Shown here: piece after piece, positions 41,501 to 55,200 of the stretch | Numbering within the stretch: the first letter of the stretch is position 1 | How the letters are laid out: each line of letters begins with the position of its first letter | Source: Eledone cirrhosa | Lineage: Eukaryota | Direction: 5' to 3' | DNA: 64,000 nucleotides | Assembly (NCBI GenBank): GCA_964016885.1 | Contig: OZ024744.1 | Span: 18,662,001-18,726,000, forward strand | Notes under the pieces: generated by a model | What the model was told of the DNA's origin: nothing | The model's input: the letters and a program-made list of their open reading frames with translations, nothing else | Database searches by the model: none | Translations under genes and position numbers: made by a program

Positions 41501-44500
41501 GCCACTGTATATTTGTGTTGTCTGTGTCATTGTGTATGTCACTGGGTGTTTCTGTATGTCTGTGTCACTGTGTATGACACTGTGTCTTTCTGTATGTATG
41601 TATCACTGTGTATGTCACTGTGTGTATCTGTATGTCTGTGTCACTGTGTAAGTCATTGTATCTTTGTGTATGTCTGTGGCACTCTGTATGTCGTTGTGTG
41701 TTTCTGTATGTATGTGTCTCTGTGTATGTCACTGTATATTTGTGTATGTATGTGTCACTGTGTATGTCACTGTGAGTTTCTCTATGTCTGTGTCACTGTG
41801 TATATCAATGTGTGTTTCTGTATGTCTGTGTCACTGTATATGTCACTGTATCTTTGTGTATGCCTGTGTCACTGTCTATGTCTCTGTATGTTTCTGTATG
41901 TCTGTGTCACTATGTATGCCACTGTATATTTATGTTGTCTGTGTTATTGTGTATGTCACTGGGTGTTTCTGTATGTCTGTGTCACTGTGTAAGTCATTGT
42001 ATCTTTGTGTATGTCTGTGGCACTCTGTATGTCGTTGTGTGTTTCTGTATGTATGTGTCTCTGTGTATGTCACTGTATATTTGTGTATGTATGTGTCACT
42101 GTGTATGTCACTGTGAGTTTCTCTATGTCTGTGTCACTGTGTATGTCACTGTATGTCTCTGTATGTCTGTGTCACTGTCTATGTCACTGTATCTTTGTGT
42201 ATGTCTGTGTCAACATGTATGTCACTGTGTGTTTATGTATTTCTGTGTCTCTGTGTATGCCACTGTATCTTTGTGTATGTCTGCGGCACTGTGTATGTCA
42301 CTGTGTGTTTCTGTGTGTCTGTGTCTCTGTGTATGTCACTGTATGTTTCTGTATGTCTGTTTCACTGTGTATGTCACTGTGTCTTTATGTATGTCTGTGT
42401 CACTCTGTATGTCACTGTATATTTATGTATGTCTGTGTCACTGTGTATATCACTGTATGTTTCTGTATGTCTGTGTCACTGTGTATGTCACTGTGTGTTT
42501 CTGTATGGCTGTGTCACTGTGTATGTCACTGTATCTTTGTGTATGTCTGTGTCACTGTGTATGTCACAGTGTGTTTCTGTATGTCTGTGTCACTGTCTAT
42601 GTCACTGTATGTTTCTGAATGTCTGTGTCAGTGTGTATGTCACTGTGTGTTTGTGTATGTCTGTGTCACTGTATGTTTCTGTATGTCTGTGTCACTGTGT
42701 ATGTCACTGTGTGTTTCTGTATGTCTGTGTCACTGTGTATGACATTGTATCTTTGTGTATGTCTGTGTCACTGTGTATGTCACTGTATGTTTCTGTATGT
42801 TTGTGTCACTGTGTATGTCACTGTGTGTTTCTGTATGTTTGTGTCTCTGTGTATGTCACTGTATGTTTCTGTATGTCTGTTTCACTGTGTATGTCACTGT
42901 GTCTTTATGTATGTCTGTGTCACTCTGTATGTCACTGTATATTTCTGTATGTCTGTGTCACTGTGTATGTCACTGTATGTTTCTGTATGTCTGTGTCACT
43001 GTGTATGTCACTGTATGCTTCTGTATGTCTGTGTCACTGTGTATGTCACTGTATCTTTGTGTATGTCTGTGTCCCTGTGTATGTCACTGTATGTTTCTGT
43101 ATGTTTGTGTCACTGTGTATGTCACTGTGTGTTTCTGTATGTCTGTGTCACTGTGTATGTCACTGTGTGTTTCTGTATGTTTGTGTCACTGTGTATGTCA
43201 CTAAATGTTTGTGTGTGTCTGTGTCTCTGTGTATGTCACTGTTTGTTTGCGTGTGTCTGTGTCACTGTGTATGTCACTGTGTGTTTCTGTATGTCTGTGT
43301 GACTGTCTATGTCACTGTGTGTTTCTGTATGTTTGTGTCACTGTGTATGTCACTAAATGTTTGTGTGTGTCTGTGTCTCTGTGTATGTCACTGTTTGTTT
43401 GCGTGTGTCTGTGTCACTGTGTATGTCACTGTATGTTTCTGTATGTCTGTGTCACTTTGTATGTCACTGTGTGTTTCTGTATGTATGTGTCACCGTGTAT
43501 GTCACTCTATCTTTGTGTATGCCTGTGTCACTGTGTATGTCACTGTGTGTTTCTGTATGTTTGTGTCACTGTGTATGTCACTAAATGTTTGTGTGTGTCT
43601 GTGTCACTGTGTATGTCACTGTGTGTTTCTGTATGTCTGTGTGACTGTATATGTCACTGTTTGTTTGTGTATGTCTGTGTCACTGTGTGTGTTTCTGTAT
43701 GTCTGTGTCACTGTGTATGTCATTGCATCTTTGTGTATGTCTGTCTCACTGTGTATGTCACTGTGTGTTTCTGCATGTCTGTGTCACTGTGTATGTCACT
43801 GTGTGTTTCTGTATGTCTGTGTCACTGTGTATGTCACTGTATGTTTCTGTATGTCTCTTTCACTGTGTATATCACTGTGTGTTTCTGTATGTCTGTGTCA
43901 CTGTATATGTCACTGTATCTTTGTGTATGCCTGTGTCACTGTCTATGTCACTGTATGTTTCTGTATGTCTGTTTCACTGTGTATGTCACTGTATATTTGT
44001 GTATGTCTGTGTCACTCTGTATGTCACTGTGTGTTTCTGTATGTATGTGTCACTATGTATGCCACTGTATATTTGTGTTGTCTGTGTCATTGTGTATGTC
44101 ACTGGGTGTTTTTGTATGTCTGTGTCACTGTGTATGACACTGTGTCTTTCTGTATGTATGTATCACTGTGTATGTCACTGTGTGTATCTGTATGTCGGTG
44201 TCACTGTGTAAGTCATTGTATCTTTGTGTATGTCTGTGGCACTCTGTATGTCGTTGTGTGTTTCTGTATGTATGTGTCTCTGTGTATGTCACTGTATATT
44301 TGTGTGTGTATGTGTCACTGTGTATGTCACTGTGAGTTTCTCTATGTCTGTGTCACTGTGTATGTCACTGTATGTCTCTGTATGTCTGTGTCACTGTCTA
44401 TGTCACTGTATCTTTGTGTATGTCTGTGTCACTGTGTATGTCACTGTGTGTTTCTGTATGTCTGTGTCACTGTGTATGTCACAGTTTGTTTCTGTATATA

Positions 44501-47500
44501 TGTGTCTCTGTGTATGTCACTGTAGTTTTGTGTATGTATGTGTCACTGTGTGTTTCTGTATGTCTGTGTCACTGTGTATGTCACTGTATGTTTCTGTATG
44601 TCTGTGTCACTGTGTATGTCACTGTTTGTTTCTGTATGTATGTGTCACTGTGTATGTCACCGTATGTGTGTGTATGTCTGTGTCACGGTGTATGTCACTG
44701 TATCTTAGTGTATGCCTGTGTCACTGTGTATGTCACTGTGAGTTTCTGTATGTCTGTGTCTCTGTGTATGTCACTGTATGTTTCTGTATGTCTGTGTCAC
44801 TGTGTATATCACTGTGTGTTTCTGTATATCTGTGTCTCTGTGTATGTCACTGTATCTTTGTGTATGTCTGGGTCACTGTGTATGTCACTGTATATTTGTG
44901 TATGTCTGTGTCACGGTGTATATCACTGTATGTTTGTGTATGTTTGTGTCACTGTGTATGTCACTGTGTGTTTCTGTATGTCTGTGTCACTGTGTATATC
45001 AATGTGTGTTTCTGTATCTCTGTGTCACGGTGTATGTCACTGCATGTTTGTGTATGTCTGTGTGACTGTGTATGTCACTGTGTGTTTCTGTATGGCTGTG
45101 TCACTGTGTATGTCACTGTATCTTTGTGTATGTCTGTGTCACTGTGTATGTCACAGTGTGTTTCTGTATGTCTGTGTCACTGTATATGTCACTGTATTTT
45201 TCTGAATGTATGTGTCACTGTGTATGTCACTGTGTGTTTCTGTATGTCTGTGTCACGGTGTATGTCACTGTATGTTTGTGTGTGACTGTGTCACTGTGTG
45301 TTTGTGTATGTCTGTGTCACTGTAAGTTTCTGTATGTATGTGTCACTGTGTATGTCACTGTGTGTTTCTGGATGTCTGTGTCACTGTGTATGTCATTGTA
45401 TCTTTGTGTATGTCTGTGTCACTGTGTATGTCACTGTATGTTTCTGTAAGTTTGTGTCACTGTGTATGTCACTGTGTGTTTCTGTATGTCTGTGTCTCTG
45501 TGTATGTCACTGTATGTTTCTGTATGTCTGTTTCACTGTGTATGTCACTGTGTCTTTATGTATGTCTGTGTCACTCTGTATGTCACTGTATATTTCTGTA
45601 TGTCTGTGTCACTGTGTATATCACTGTATGTTTCTGTATGTCTGTGTCACTATCTATGTCACTGTATGTTTCTAAATGGCTGTGTCACTGTGTATGTCAC
45701 TGTGTGTTTGTGTATGTCTGTGTCACTGTATGTGTCTGTATGTATGTGTCACTGTGTATGTCACTGTGTGTTTCTGTATGTCTGTGTCACTGTGTATGAC
45801 ATTGTATCTTTGTGTATGTCTGTGTCACTGTGTATGTCACTGTATGTTTCTGTATGTTTGTGTCACTGTGTATGTCACTGTGTGTTTCTGTATGTTTGTG
45901 TCTCTGTGTATGTCACTGTATGTTTCTGTATGTCTGTTTCACTGTGTATGTCACTGTGTCTTTATGTATGTCTGTGTCACTCTGTATGTCACTGTATATT
46001 TCTGTATGTCTGTGTCACTGTGTATGTCACTGTATGTTTCTGTATGTATGTGTCACTGTGTATGTCACTGTATGCTTATGTATGTCTGTGTCACTGTGTA
46101 TGTCACTGTATCTTTGTGTATGTCTGTGTCCCTGTGTATGTCACTGTATGTTTCTGTATGTTTGTGTCACTGTGTATGTCACTGTGTGTTTCTGTATGTC
46201 TGTGTCACTGTGTATGTCACTAAATGTTTGTGTGTGTCTGTGTCTCTGTGTATGTCACTGTTTGTTTGCGTGTGTCTGTGTCACTGTGTATGCCACTGTG
46301 TGTTTCTGTATGTCACTGTGTGTTTGTGCATGTCTGTGTCACTGTATGTTTCTGTATGTCTGTGTCACTGTGTATATCACTGTGTGTTTCTGTATGTATG
46401 TGTCACCGTGTATGTCACTGTATATTTGTGTATGCCTGTGTCACTGTGTATGTCACTGTGTGTTTCTGTATGTTTGTGTCACTGTGTATGTCACTAAATG
46501 TTTGTGTGTGTCTGTGTCACTGTGTATGTCACTGTGTGTTTCTGTATGTCTGTGTGACTGTGTATGTGACTGTTTGTTTCTGCATGTCTGTGTCACTGTG
46601 TATGTCACTGTGTGTTTCTGTATGTCTGTGTCACTGTGTATGTCACTGTATGTTTCTGTATGTCTGTTTCACTGTGTATATCACTGTGTGTTTCTGTATG
46701 TCTGTGTCACTGTATACGTCACTGTATCTTTGTGTATGCCTGTGTCACTGTCTATGTCTCTGTATGTTTCTGTATGTCTGTGTCACTATGTATGCCACTG
46801 TATATTTGTGTTGTCTGTGTCATTGTGTATGTCACTGGGTGTTTCTGTATGTCTGTGTCACTGTGTATGACACTGTGTCTTTCTGTATGTATGTATCACT
46901 GTGTATGTCACTGTTTGTATCTGTATGTCTGTGTCACTGTGTAAGTCATTGTATCTTTGTGTATGTCTGTGGCACTCTGTATGTCGTTGTGTGTTTCTGT
47001 ATGTATGTGTCTCTGTGTATGTCACTGTATATTTGTGTATGTATGTGTCACTGTGTATGTCACTGTGAGTTTCTCTATGTCTGTGTCACTGTGTATATCA
47101 ATGTGTGTTTCTGTATGTCTGTGTCACTGTATATGTCACTGTATCTTTGTGTATGCCTGTGTCACTGTCTATGTCTCTGTATGTTTCTGTATGTCTGTGT
47201 CACTATGTATGCCACTGTATATTTATGTTGTCTGTGTCATTGTGTATGTCACTGGGTGTTTCTGTATGTCTGTGTCACTGTGTATGACACTGTGTCTTTC
47301 TGTATGTATGTATCACTGTGTATGTCACTGTGTGTATCTGTATGTCTGTGTCACTGTGTAAGTCATTGTATCTTTGTGTATGTCTGTGGCACTCTGTATG
47401 TCGTTGTGTGTTTCTGTATGTATGTGTCTCTGTGTATGTCACTGTATATTTGTGTATGTATGTGTCACTGTGTATGTCACTGTGAGTTTCTCTATGTCTG

Positions 47501-49213
47501 TGTCACTGTGTATGTCACTGTATGTCTCTGTATGTCTGTGTCACTGTCTATGTCACTGTATCTTTGTGTATGTCTGTGTCAACATGTATGTCACTGTGTG
47601 TTTATGTATTTCTGTGTCTCTGTGTATGCCACTGTATCTTTGTGTATGTCTGCGGCACTGTGTATGTCACTGTGTGTTTCTGTGTGTCTGTGTCTCTGTG
47701 TATGTCACTGTATGTTTCTGTATGTCTGTTTCACTGTGTATGTCACTGTGTCTTTATGTATGTCTGTGTCACTCTGTATGTCACTGTATATTTCTGTATG
47801 TCTGTGTCACTGTGTATATCACTGTATGTTTCTGTATGTCTGTGTCACTGTGTATGTCACTGTGTGTTTCTGTATGGCTGTGTCACTGTGTATGTCACTG
47901 TATCTTTGTGTATGTCTGTGTCACTGTGTATGTCACAGTGTGTTTCTGTATGTCTGTGTCACTGTCTATGTCACTGTATGTTTCTGAATGTCTGTGTCAG
48001 TGTGTATGTCACTGTGTGTTTGTGTATGTCTGTGTCACTGTATGTTTCTGTATATCTGTGTCACTGTGTATGTCACTGTGTGTTTCTGTATGTCTGTGTC
48101 ACTGTGTATGACATTGTATCTTTGTGTATGTCTGTGTCACTGTGTATGTCACTGTATGTTTCTGTATGTTTGTGTCACTGTGTATGTCACTGTGTGTTTC
48201 TGTATGTTTGTGTCTCTGTGTATGTCACTGTATGTTTCTGTATGTCTGTTTCACTGTGTATGTCACTGTGTCTTTATGTATGTCTGTGTCACTCTGTATG
48301 TCACTGTATATTTCTGTATGTCTGTGTCACTGTGTATGTCACTGTATGTTTCTGTATGTCTGTGTCACTGTGTATGTCACTGTATGCTTCTGTATGTCTG
48401 TGTCACTGTGTATGTCACTGTATCTTTGTGTATGTCTGTGTCCCTGTGTATGTCACTGTATGTTTCTGTATGTTTGTGTCACTGTGTATGTCACTGTGTG
48501 TTTCTGTATGTCTGTGTCACTGTGTATGTCACTGTGTGTTTCTGTATGTTTGTGTCACTGTGTATGTCACTAAATGTTTGTGTGTGCCTGTGTCTCTGTG
48601 TATGTCACTGTTTGTTTGCGTGTGTCTGTGTCACTGTGTATGTCACTGTGTGTTTCTGTATGTCTGTGTGACTGTCTATGTCACTGTGTGTTTCTGTATG
48701 TTTGTGTCACTGTGTATGTCACTAAATGTTTGTGTGTGTCTGTGTCTCTGTGTATGTCACTGTTTGTTTGCGTGTGTCTGTGTCACTGTGTATGTCACTG
48801 TATGTTTCTGTATGTCTGTGTCACTTTGTATGTCACTGTGTGTTTCTGTATGTATGTGTCACCGTGTATGTCACTGTATCTTTGTGTATGCCTGTGTCAC
48901 TGTGTATGTCACTGTGTGTTTCTGTATGTTTGTGTCACTGTGTATGTCACTAAATGTTTGTGTGTGTCTGTGTCACTGTGTATGTCACTGTGTGTTTCTG
49001 TATGTCTGTGTGACTGTGTATGTCACTGTTTGTTTGTGTATGTCTGTGTCACTGTGTGTGTTTCTGTATGTCTGTGTCATTGTGTATGTCATTGCATCTT
49101 TGTGTATGTCTGTCTCACTGTGTATGTCACTGTGTGTTTCTGCATGTCTGTGTCACTGTGTATGTCACTGTGTGTTTCTGTATGTCTGTGTCACTGTGTA
49201 TGTCACTGTATGT
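23985..49213. repeat. ~12.9-kb higher-order duplication (copy A ~23985-36315, copy B ~36884-49213)
   Basis: Offsets 12887 (24267/37154, 26044/38931, 27610/40497), 12897 (28110/41007, 29108/42005) and 12898 (30307/43205, 33326/46224, 36122/49020). Shared private variants CACGGGGTA (26732/39619) and TTCTAAATGG (32772/45670). Confidence 0.9.
35960..36900. repeat. 522-bp local duplication at the junction of the two 12.9-kb copies
   Basis: Landmarks 522 apart: ORF starts 36122/36644, ORF ends 36055/36577 and 36356/36878. The GTCATTGTGTATGTCATTGCATC variant occurs at ~36178 and ~36700. Confidence 0.8.
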
Positions 49214-52200
49214 TTCTGTATGTCTCTTTCACTGTGTATATCACTGTGTGTTTCTGTATGTCTGTGTCACTGTATATGTCACTGTATCTTTGTGTATGCC
49301 TGTGTCACTGTCTATGTCACTGTATGTTTCTGTATGTCTGTTTCACTGTGTATGTCACTGTATATTTGTGTATGTCTGTGTCACTCTGTATGTCACTGTG
49401 TGTTTCTGTATGTCTGTGTCACTATGTATGCCACTGTATATTTGTGTTGTCTGTGTCATTGTGTATGTCACTGGGTGTTTCTGTATGTCTGTGTCACTGT
49501 GTATGACACTGTGTCTTTCTGTATGTATGTATCACTGTGTATGTCACTGTGTGTATCTGTATGTCGGTGTCACTGTGTAAGTCATTGTATCTTTGTGTAT
49601 GTCTGTGGCACTCTGTATGTCGTTGTGTGTTTCTGTATGTATGTGTCTCTGTGTATGTCACTGTATATTTGTGTATGTATGTGTCACTGTGTATGTCACT
49701 GTGAGTTTCTCTATGTCTGTGTCACTGTGTATGTCACTGTATGTCTCTGTATGTCTGTGTCACTGTCTATGTCACTGTATCTTTGTGTATGTCTGTGTCA
49801 CTGTGTATGTCACTGTGTGTTTCTGTATGTATGTGTCACTGTGTATGTCACAGTTTGTTTCTGTATATATGTGTCTCTGTGTATGTCACTGTAGTTTTGT
49901 GTATGCCTGTGTCACTGTGTGTTTCTGTATGTCTGTGTCACTGTGTATGTCACTGTATGTTTCTGTATGTCTGTGTCACTGTGTATGTCACTGTTTGTTT
50001 CTGTATGTATGCGTCACTGTGTATGTCATCGTATGTGTGTGTATGTCTGTGTCACGGTGTATGTCACTGTATCTTAGTGTATGCCTGTGTCACTGTGTAT
50101 GTCACTGTGAGTTTCTGTATGTCTGTGTCTCTGTGTATGTCACTGTATCTTTGTGCATGTATGTGTCACTGTGTATGTCACTGTATGTTTCTGTATGTCT
50201 GTGTCACTGTGTATATCACTGTGTGTTTCTGTATATCTGTGTCTCTGTGTATGTCACTGTATCTTTGTGTATGTCTGGGTCACTGTGTATGTCACTGTAT
50301 ATTTGTGTATGTCTGTGTCACGGTGTATATCACTGTATGTTTGTGTATGTCTGTGTCACTGTGTATGTCACTGTGTGTTTCTGTATGTCTGTGTCACTGT
50401 GTATATCAATGTGTGTTTCTGTATCTCTGTGTCACGGTGTATGTCACTGCATGTTTGTGTATGTCTGTGTGACTGTGTATGTCACTGTGTGTTTCTGTAT
50501 GGCTGTGTCACTGTGTATGTCACTGTATCTTTGTGTATGTCTGTGTCACTGTGTATGTCACAGTGTGTTTCTGTATGTCTGTGTCACTGTATATGTCACT
50601 GTATGTTTCTGAATGTCTGTGTCACTGTGTATGTCACTGTGTGTTTCTGTATGTCTGTGTCACGGTGTATGTCACTGTATGTTTGTGTGTGACCCTGTCA
50701 CTGTGTATGTCACTGTGTGTTTGTGTATGTCTGTGTCACTGTAAGTTTCTGTATGCCTGTGTCACTGTGTATGTCACTGTGTGTTTCTGGATGTCTGTGT
50801 CACTGTGTATGTCATTGTATCTTTGTGTATGTCTGTGTCACTGTGTATGTCACTGTATGTTTCTGTAAGTTTGTGTCACTGTGTATGTCACTGTGTGTTT
50901 CTGTATGTCTGTGTCTCTGTGAATGTCACTGTATGTTTCTGTATGTCTGTTTCACTGTGTATGTCACTGTGTCTTTATGTATGTCTGTGTCACTCTGTAT
51001 GTCACTGTATATTTCTGTATGTCTGTGTCACTGTCTATATCACTGTATGTTTCTGTATGTCTGTGTCACTGTGTATGTCACTGTGTGTTTCTGTATGGCT
51101 GTGTCACTGTGTATGTCACTGCATCTTTGTGTATGTCTGTGTCACTGTGTATGTCACAGTGTGTTTCTGTATGTCTGTGTCACTGTCTATGTCACTGTAT
51201 GTTTCTGAATGTCTGTGTCACTGTGTATGTCACTGTGTGTTTGTGTATGTCTGTGTCACTGTATGTTTATGTATGTCTGTGTCACTGTGTATGTCACTGT
51301 CTGTTTCTGTATGTCTGTGTCACTGTGTATGACATTGTATCTTTGTGTATGTCTGTGTCACTGTGTATGTCACTGTATGTTTCTGTATGTTTGTGTCACT
51401 GTGTATGTCACTGTGTGTTTCTGTATGTTTGTGTCTCTGTGTATGTCACTGTATGTTACTGTATGTCTGTTTCACTGTGTATGTCACTGTGTCTTTATGT
51501 ATGTCTGTGTCACTCTGTATGTCACTGTATATTTCTGTATGTCTGTGTCACTGTGTATGTCACTGTATGTTTCTGTATGTCTGTGTCACTGTGTATGTCA
51601 CTGTATGCTTCTGTATGTCTGTGTCACTGTGTATGTCACTGTATCTTTGTGTATGTCTGTGTCCCTGTGTATGTCACTGTATGTTTCTGTATGTTTGTGT
51701 CACTGTGTATGTCACTGTGTGTTTCTGTATGTCTGTGTCACTGTGTATGTCACTGTGTGTTTCTGTATGTTTGTGTCACTGTGTATGTCACTAAATGTTT
51801 GTGTGTGTCTGTGTCTCTGTGTATGTCACTGTTTGTTTGCGTGTGTCTGTGTCACTGTGTATGTCACTGTGTGTTTCTGTATGTCACTGTGTGTTTGTGC
51901 ATGTCTGTCTCACTGTATGTTTCTATATGTCTGTGTCACTGTGTATGTCACTGTGTGTTTCTGTATGTATGTGTCACCGTGTATGTCACTGTATCTTTGT
52001 GTATGCCTGTGTCACTGTGTATGTCACTGTGTGTTTCTGTATGTTTGTGTCACTGTGTATGTCACAAAATGTTTGTGTGTGTCTGTGTCACTGTGTATGT
52101 CACTGTGTGTTTCTGTATGTCTGTGTGACTGTGTATGTGACTGTTTGTTTCTGCATGTCTGTGTCACTGTGTATGTCACTGTGTGTTTCTATATGTCTGT

Positions 52201-55200
52201 GTCACTGTGTATGTCACTGTATGTTTCTGTATGTCTGTTTCACTGTGTATATCACTGTGTGTTTCTGTATGTCTGTGTCACTGTATATGTCACTGTATCT
52301 TTGTGTATGCCTGTGTCACTGCCTATGTCTCTGTATGTTTCTGTATGTCTGTGTCACTATGTATGCCACTGTATATTTGTGTTGTCTGTGTCATTGTGTA
52401 TGTCACTGGGTGTTTCTGTATGTCTGTGTCACTGTGTATGACACTGTGTCTTTCTGTATGTATGTATCACTGTGTATGTCACTGTGTGTATCTGTATGTC
52501 GGTGTCACTGTGTAAGTCATTGTATCTTTGTGTATGTCTGTGGCACTCTGTATGTCGTTGTGTGTTTCTGTATGTATGTGTCTCTGTGTATGTCACTGTA
52601 TATTTGTGTATGTATGTGTCACTGTGTATGTCACTGTGAGTTTCTCTATGTCTGTGTCACTGTGTATGTCACTGTATGTCTCTGTATGTCTGTGTCACTG
52701 TCTATGTCACTGTATATTTGTGTATGTCTGTGTCACTGTGTATGTCACTGTGTGTTTCTGTATGTCTGTGTCACTGTGTATGTCACAGTTTGTTTCTGTA
52801 TATATGTGTCTCTGTGTATGTCACTGTAGTTTTGTGTATGTCTGTGTCACTGTGTGTTTCTGTATGTCTGTGTCACTGTGTATGTCACTGTATGTTTCTG
52901 TATGTCTGTGTCACTGTGTATGTCACTGTTTGTTTCTGTATGTATGCGTCACTGTGTATGTCATCGTATGTGTGTGTATGTCTGTGTCACGGTGTATGTC
53001 ACTGTATCTTAGTGTATGCCTGTGTCACTGTGTATGTCACTGTGAGTTTCTGTATGTCTGTGTCTCTGTGTATGTCACTGTATCTTTGTGCATGTATGTG
53101 TCACTGTGTATGTCACTGTATGTTTCTGTATGTCTGTGTCACTGTGTATATCACTGTGTGTTTCTGTATATCTGTGTCTCTGTGTATGTCACTGTATCTT
53201 TGTGTATGTCTGGGTCACTGTGTATGTCACTGTATATTTGTGTATGTCTGTGTCACGGTGTATATCACTGTATGTTTGTGTATGTCTGTGTCACTGTGTA
53301 TGTCACTGTGTGTTTCTGTATGTCTGTGTCACTGTGTATATCAATGTGTGTTTCTGTATCTCTGTGTCACGGTGTATGTCACTGCATGTTTGTGTATGTC
53401 TGTGTGACTGTGTATGTCACTGTGTGTTTCTGTATGGCTGTGTCACTGTGTATGTCACTGTATCTTTGTGTATGTCTGTGTCACTGTGTATGTCACAGTG
53501 TGTTTCTGTATGTCTGTGTCACTGTATATGTCACTGTATGTTTCTGAATGTCTGTGTCACTGTGTATGTCACTGTGTGTTTCTGTATGTCTGTGTCACGG
53601 TGTATGTCACTGTATGTTTGTGTGTGACCCTGTCACTGTGTATGTCACTGTGTGTTTCTGTATGTCTGTGTGACTGTGTATGTGACTGTTTGTTTCTGCA
53701 TGTCTGTGTCACTGTGTATGTCACTGTGTGTTTCTATATGTCTGTGTCACTGTGTATGTCACTGTGAGTTTCTCTATGTCTGTGTCACTGTGTATATCAA
53801 TGTGTGTTTCTGTATGTCTGTGTCACTGTATATGTCACTGTATCTTTGTGTATGCCTGTGTCACTGTCTATGTCTCTGTATGTTTCTGTATGTCTGTGTC
53901 ACTATGTATGCCACTGTATATTTATGTTGTCTGTGTCATTGTGTATGTCACTGGGTGTTTCTGTATGTCTGTGTCACTGTGTATGACACTGTGTCTTTCT
54001 GTATGTATGTATCACTGTGTATGTCACTGTGTGTATCTGTATGTCTGTGTCACTGTGTAAGTCATTGTATCTTTGTGTATGTCTGTGGCACTCTGTATGT
54101 CGTTGTGTGTTTCTGTATGTATGTGTCTCTGTGTATGTCACTGTATATTTGTGTATGTATGTGTCACTGTGTATGTCACTGTGAGTTTCTCTATGTCTGT
54201 GTCACTGTGTATGTCACTGTATGTCTCTGTATGTCTGTGTCACTGTCTATGTCACTGTATCTTTGTGTATGTCTGTGTCAACATGTATGTCACTGTGTGT
54301 TTATGTATTTCTGTGTCTCTGTGTATGCCACTGTATCTTTGTGTATGTCTGCGGCACTGTGTATGTCACTGTGTGTTTCTGTGTGTCTGTGTCTCTGTGT
54401 ATGTCACTGTATGTTTCTGTATGTCTGTTTCACTGTGTATGTCACTGTGTCTTTATGTATGTCTGTGTCACTCTGTATGTCACTGTATATTTCTGTATGT
54501 CTGTGTCACTGTGTATATCACTGTATGTTTCTGTATGTCTGTGTCACTGTGTATGTCACTGTGTGTTTCTGTATGGCTGTGTCACTGTGTATGTCACTGT
54601 ATCTTTGTGTATGTCTGTGTCACTGTGTATGTCACAGTGTGTTTCTGTATGTCTGTGTCACTGTCTATGTCACTGTATGTTTCTGAATGTCTGTGTCAGT
54701 GTGTATGTCACTGTGTGTTTGTGTATGTCTGTGTCACTGTATGTTTCTGTATATCTGTGTCACTGTGTATGTCACTGTGTGTTTCTGTATGTCTGTGTCA
54801 CTGTGTATGACATTGTATCTTTGTGTATGTCTGTGTCACTGTGTATGTCACTGTATGTTTCTGTATGTTTGTGTCACTGTGTATGTCACTGTGTGTTTCT
54901 GTATGTTTGTGTCTCTGTGTATGTCACTGTATGTTTCTGTATGTCTGTTTCACTGTGTATGTCACTGTGTCTTTATGTATGTCTGTGTCACTCTGTATGT
55001 CACTGTATATTTCTGTATGTCTGTGTCACTGTGTATGTCACTGTATGTTTCTGTATGTCTGTGTCACTGTGTATGTCACTGTATGCTTCTGTATGTCTGT
55101 GTCACTGTGTATGTCACTGTATCTTTGTGTATGTCTGTGTCCCTGTGTATGTCACTGTATGTTTCTGTATGTTTGTGTCACTGTGTATGTCACTGTGTGT

